The notes under the pieces were generated by a model. The model ran no database searches, was not told the origin of the DNA, and saw only the letters and a program-made list of their open reading frames with translations. The position numbers were made by a program, and so were the translations under genes. From the NCBI RefSeq assembly GCF_009834535.1, contig NC_045698.1, positions 6,884,001-6,948,000 on the forward strand: a stretch of 64,000 bases of DNA. Reading direction: 5' to 3'. Every line of letters begins with the position of its first letter. The stretch's first letter is position 1. This DNA comes from Camelus ferus (Eukaryota). Shown piece after piece: positions 61,151-64,000 of the stretch.

Positions 61151-62411
61151 ATGTCAAAAGCAACCTACTAAGTGGGAGAAAATATTTGCAAGCCATATAT
61201 CTGACAAGGGGTCAATATCCAAAATTTATAAAGAACTCAATACAACTCAATAACAAAAAAAAATCCATTAAAAAATGGGCAGAGGACCTGTATAAACATT
61301 TTTCCAAAGAAGTCATATAGATGGCCACCAGGTACTCGAAAAGATGCTCAACTTCACTAACCACTGGGAAAATGCAAATCAAAACCACAATGAGATAGAG
61401 AATGTGACAATGAATATATGTATGTTCATGTATAACTGAAAAATGGTGCTCTACACTGGAATTTGACACACATTGTAAAATGACTATAACTCAATAAAAA
61501 AACGTTAAAAAAAAACACAATGAGATATCACCTCAAACCTGTTAGAATGGCTACTACCAAAAAGACAAAAAATAACAAGTGTTGTCGAGAATGAGGAGAA
61601 AACAGAACCCTCATGCACTGTTGGTGGGACTGTAAACTGGCATAACCACTACCGAAAACAATATGGAGACTCCTCAAAAAATTAAAAATTGAACTGCCAT
61701 AAGATCCAGCAATTTCACTTCTGGGTATTTATCTGAAGAAAATGAAAATACTAATTGGAAAAGATATGCACCCGCATGGTCACTGCAGCATTATTTACAG
61801 CAACTAAGATACAGAATCAGCCTAAGTGTCCATTGATGAGTGGCTGGATAAAGCAGTTGTGGTATATTTATACAATGGAATACTGTTCAGCCATAAAAAA
61901 GAAGGAAATCTGGCTACCTCTGATAACAGGGACAGAACTGAGGGCATTATACTAAGTGAAGTAAGTCAGAGAAAGACAAATACCATACGATCTCACTTCT
62001 AGGTGGGAATCTAAAAACAAAAACAAACAAATCAAAAAAACAAAGGTCATAGACACAGAGAACAGGTTGGTGATTGCCAGAGGCAGGAGGTGGCGGATGG
62101 GGCAAAATGGGTGAAAGGAGTCAAAAGGTATAAACTTCCCGTTATGAAATAAATAAGTCCTGGGGATGCAATGTACAGCATGGTGACTACAGTTAATATA
62201 GTTAGTAGCTGCATATTTGAATGTTGCTAAAAGAGTAAATCTTAGAAGTCTTCATCAAAAGAAAAAAATTTTGTACAACTATGTATGCTGACAGACATTA
62301 ATTAGACTTATAATGGTGCTCATTTCACAATGTATGCAAATGTTGAATCATTATATCATACACCTGAAACTGCTATAATGTTATATGTCAATTATGCTCA
62401 GTTAAAATTAA
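61151..62411 (+). mobile_element. Second L1MA-type fragment nested in the host L1
   Basis: Restarts upstream in ORF2 (QKQPTKWEKIFASHISDKG) and runs to its own 3' end 'atgtcaattatgctcagttaaaa'. The host resumes at 'caaagagatatctgtactcccatg'. Confidence 0.85.
61398..61515 (+). mobile_element. Young 118-bp L1 3' end nested in the second L1
   Basis: TSD cacaatgagata at 61386-61397 and 61516-61527; close match to about 4190-4300. Confidence 0.92.
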
Positions 62412-62530
62412 AGAAGATCCCAAAGAGATATCTGTACTCCCATGTTCACTGCAGCATTATTCACAATAGCCAAGATCTGGAAACAACCTCAATGTCCGTC
62501 AATAGATGAATAGATAAAGAGACTGTGGTA

Positions 62531-62686
62531 AAGAAAAAAAAAGCAGACTCACAGATACAGAGAACAAACTAGTGGTTACCAGTTGGGAGAGGGAAAAAGG
62601 AGGGGCAATAAAAGGGTTATTACGGGATTATATGAAATCATGTGTGTGAAATTTTTGAAAATTGTAAAGCATTATGGATTTAAAAC
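62531..62686 (+). mobile_element. Short L1 3' fragment of a different subfamily (L1_Art-like end)
   Basis: TSD aagagactg(t/c)gg(t/c)a at 62517-62530 and 62687-62700. Confidence 0.8.
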
Positions 62687-62728
62687 AAGAGACTGCGGCA
62701 TATACATACAGTGGAATACTATTGATTC

Positions 62729-63205
62729 TTTTTTTTAACTTTTTTTATTGAGTTACAGTCATTTTACAATGTTGTGTCAAATTCCAGTGTAGAGCACAAT
62801 TTTTCAATTATACGTGAACATATATATATTCATTGTCACATTTTTTCATTGTGAGCTACCACAAGATCTTGTATGTATTTAAAAAGAAGGAATTGTTGCA
62901 TTCTTTTTTATCATGAGCTACCACAGTATCTTGTATATATTTCCCTGTGCTATACAGTATAATCTTGTTTATCTATTCTGTATATGCCTGTCAGTATCTA
63001 CAAATTTTGAACTCCCAGTCTGTCCCTTCCCACCCCCTCCCCCTTGGCAACCACAAGTTTGTATTCTATGTTTATGCACAGTGAGAAAGAATGCGACAAT
63101 GAATATATGTATGTTCATGTATGACTGAAACATTGTGCTCTACACTGGAAATGGACACAACATTGTAAACTGACTATAACTCAATAAAATAAAAAGTTAA
63201 AAATA
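62729..63205. mobile_element. Complex young L1 insertion with polyA tails at both outer ends
   Basis: Minus 3' end 62729-62880, filler 62881-62913, minus 3' UTR 62914-63076, plus 3' end 63077-63205. Confidence 0.85.
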
Positions 63206-64000
63206 AAAAGAAACAAATTCTACAATATGCAATGTGGATGAAATTTGAGGATATTACACTAAGTGAAACAAGCCAATGATAGAAAGACAAATATTGCATG
63301 AGTCTCCTTATATGTAGTGTCTAAAATAGTCAAGATCATTGAATCTAAGAATGGAATGGTGGTTTCCAGGAGCTGGCGGGTGGGGAAAATGGGGAGTTAC
63401 TAATCAACAGGCATCAAGTTTCAGTTAAGCAAGAGGAATGCGCTCTAGAGATCTGTCGTACATTGTACCTGTAGTCAACGACGATATGCTGTAGACGTAA
63501 CAATTCAAGATGGTAGATCTCACCTTAAGTGTTCTTTCCAAAATTAAATAAAACAAATAAATAAACAAGAATCTGCTATGTTAGGACAGGAGCTATCTTA
63601 GCAGCTGCGTAGTCCATCTTTCTCTTTATTTAAAAACCGTATCACCTTTTAATGAGCACAAAAGATGTGCATCCCCTTGAAAGATGCTGCCGTGACTCCC
63701 AGTTCTACCCACCTCTGCCCTGAGAGAATTTTTTACTGTATATCCACAGCAGTCAATAGAATTTAGAGCTTCATATTTGGTAAAGTATACAATGGAAACA
63801 ATGAACAGATTTCCCCTAAATATAAAAATACAGTATAATATAAAATGTGATTTTCAAACCAAACACTATCTCTCAAACCAGATTCTGAAATAGGAGTCGC
63901 TAACCAAGTCTAGACTCTCATATCACACAGAGGGCAGCTGAGACCCAGAGATGGTCATCGACTTTTTCTTCCTGGTGCTAGGACCAAACCCATATTTCCT

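Larger units (their letters stand above)
61026..63560 (+). mobile_element. Host L1MA/MB 3' region fragmented by nested L1 insertions
   Basis: Host pieces at 61026-61150, 62412-62530, 62687-62724 and 63205-63560 are collinear L1 ORF2-end/3' UTR sequence. Confidence 0.85.

Noticed and set aside
1..64000. CRISPR array, operon, or prokaryotic/viral defence-type system
   Set aside because: The sequence is mammalian repeat-rich DNA with no regularly spaced repeat-spacer array and no gene-dense coding structure.

Overview
Mammalian non-coding genomic DNA, most likely camelid (camel, alpaca or llama), inferred from a tRNA-derived Vic-1-like SINE at 35.3 kb and lineage-typical young L1 3' ends. No intact protein-coding gene is recognisable. 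The only protein-like ORFs are broken LINE-1 ORF2 pieces, and the rest of the ORF track looks like chance ORFs. The window is dense in repeats: young and old L1, L2, MIR, MLT1/LTR16/MER74-type solo LTRs, and MER5/MER20/MER47/MER63/MER94/MER102 DNA transposons. Repeat family names come from recalled consensus similarity, not from a search. The most unusual structure is a 230-bp local sequence (40580-40809) copied in inverted orientation into an L1 3' UTR about 2 kb away (42830-43060, 9 differences by hand alignment). Several 5'-inverted (twin-primed) L1 insertions carry readable target-site duplications (TSDs), including a 65-bp miniature one. A multi-layer L1 nest at 61-63.6 kb contains a head-to-head double-tailed insertion. 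There are also a CpG-rich island near 5 kb, an AP-1/TEAD motif cluster at 50-51 kb, and a few candidate minus-strand exons of an unidentified transcript. I found no evidence of a new gene-encoded biological system.
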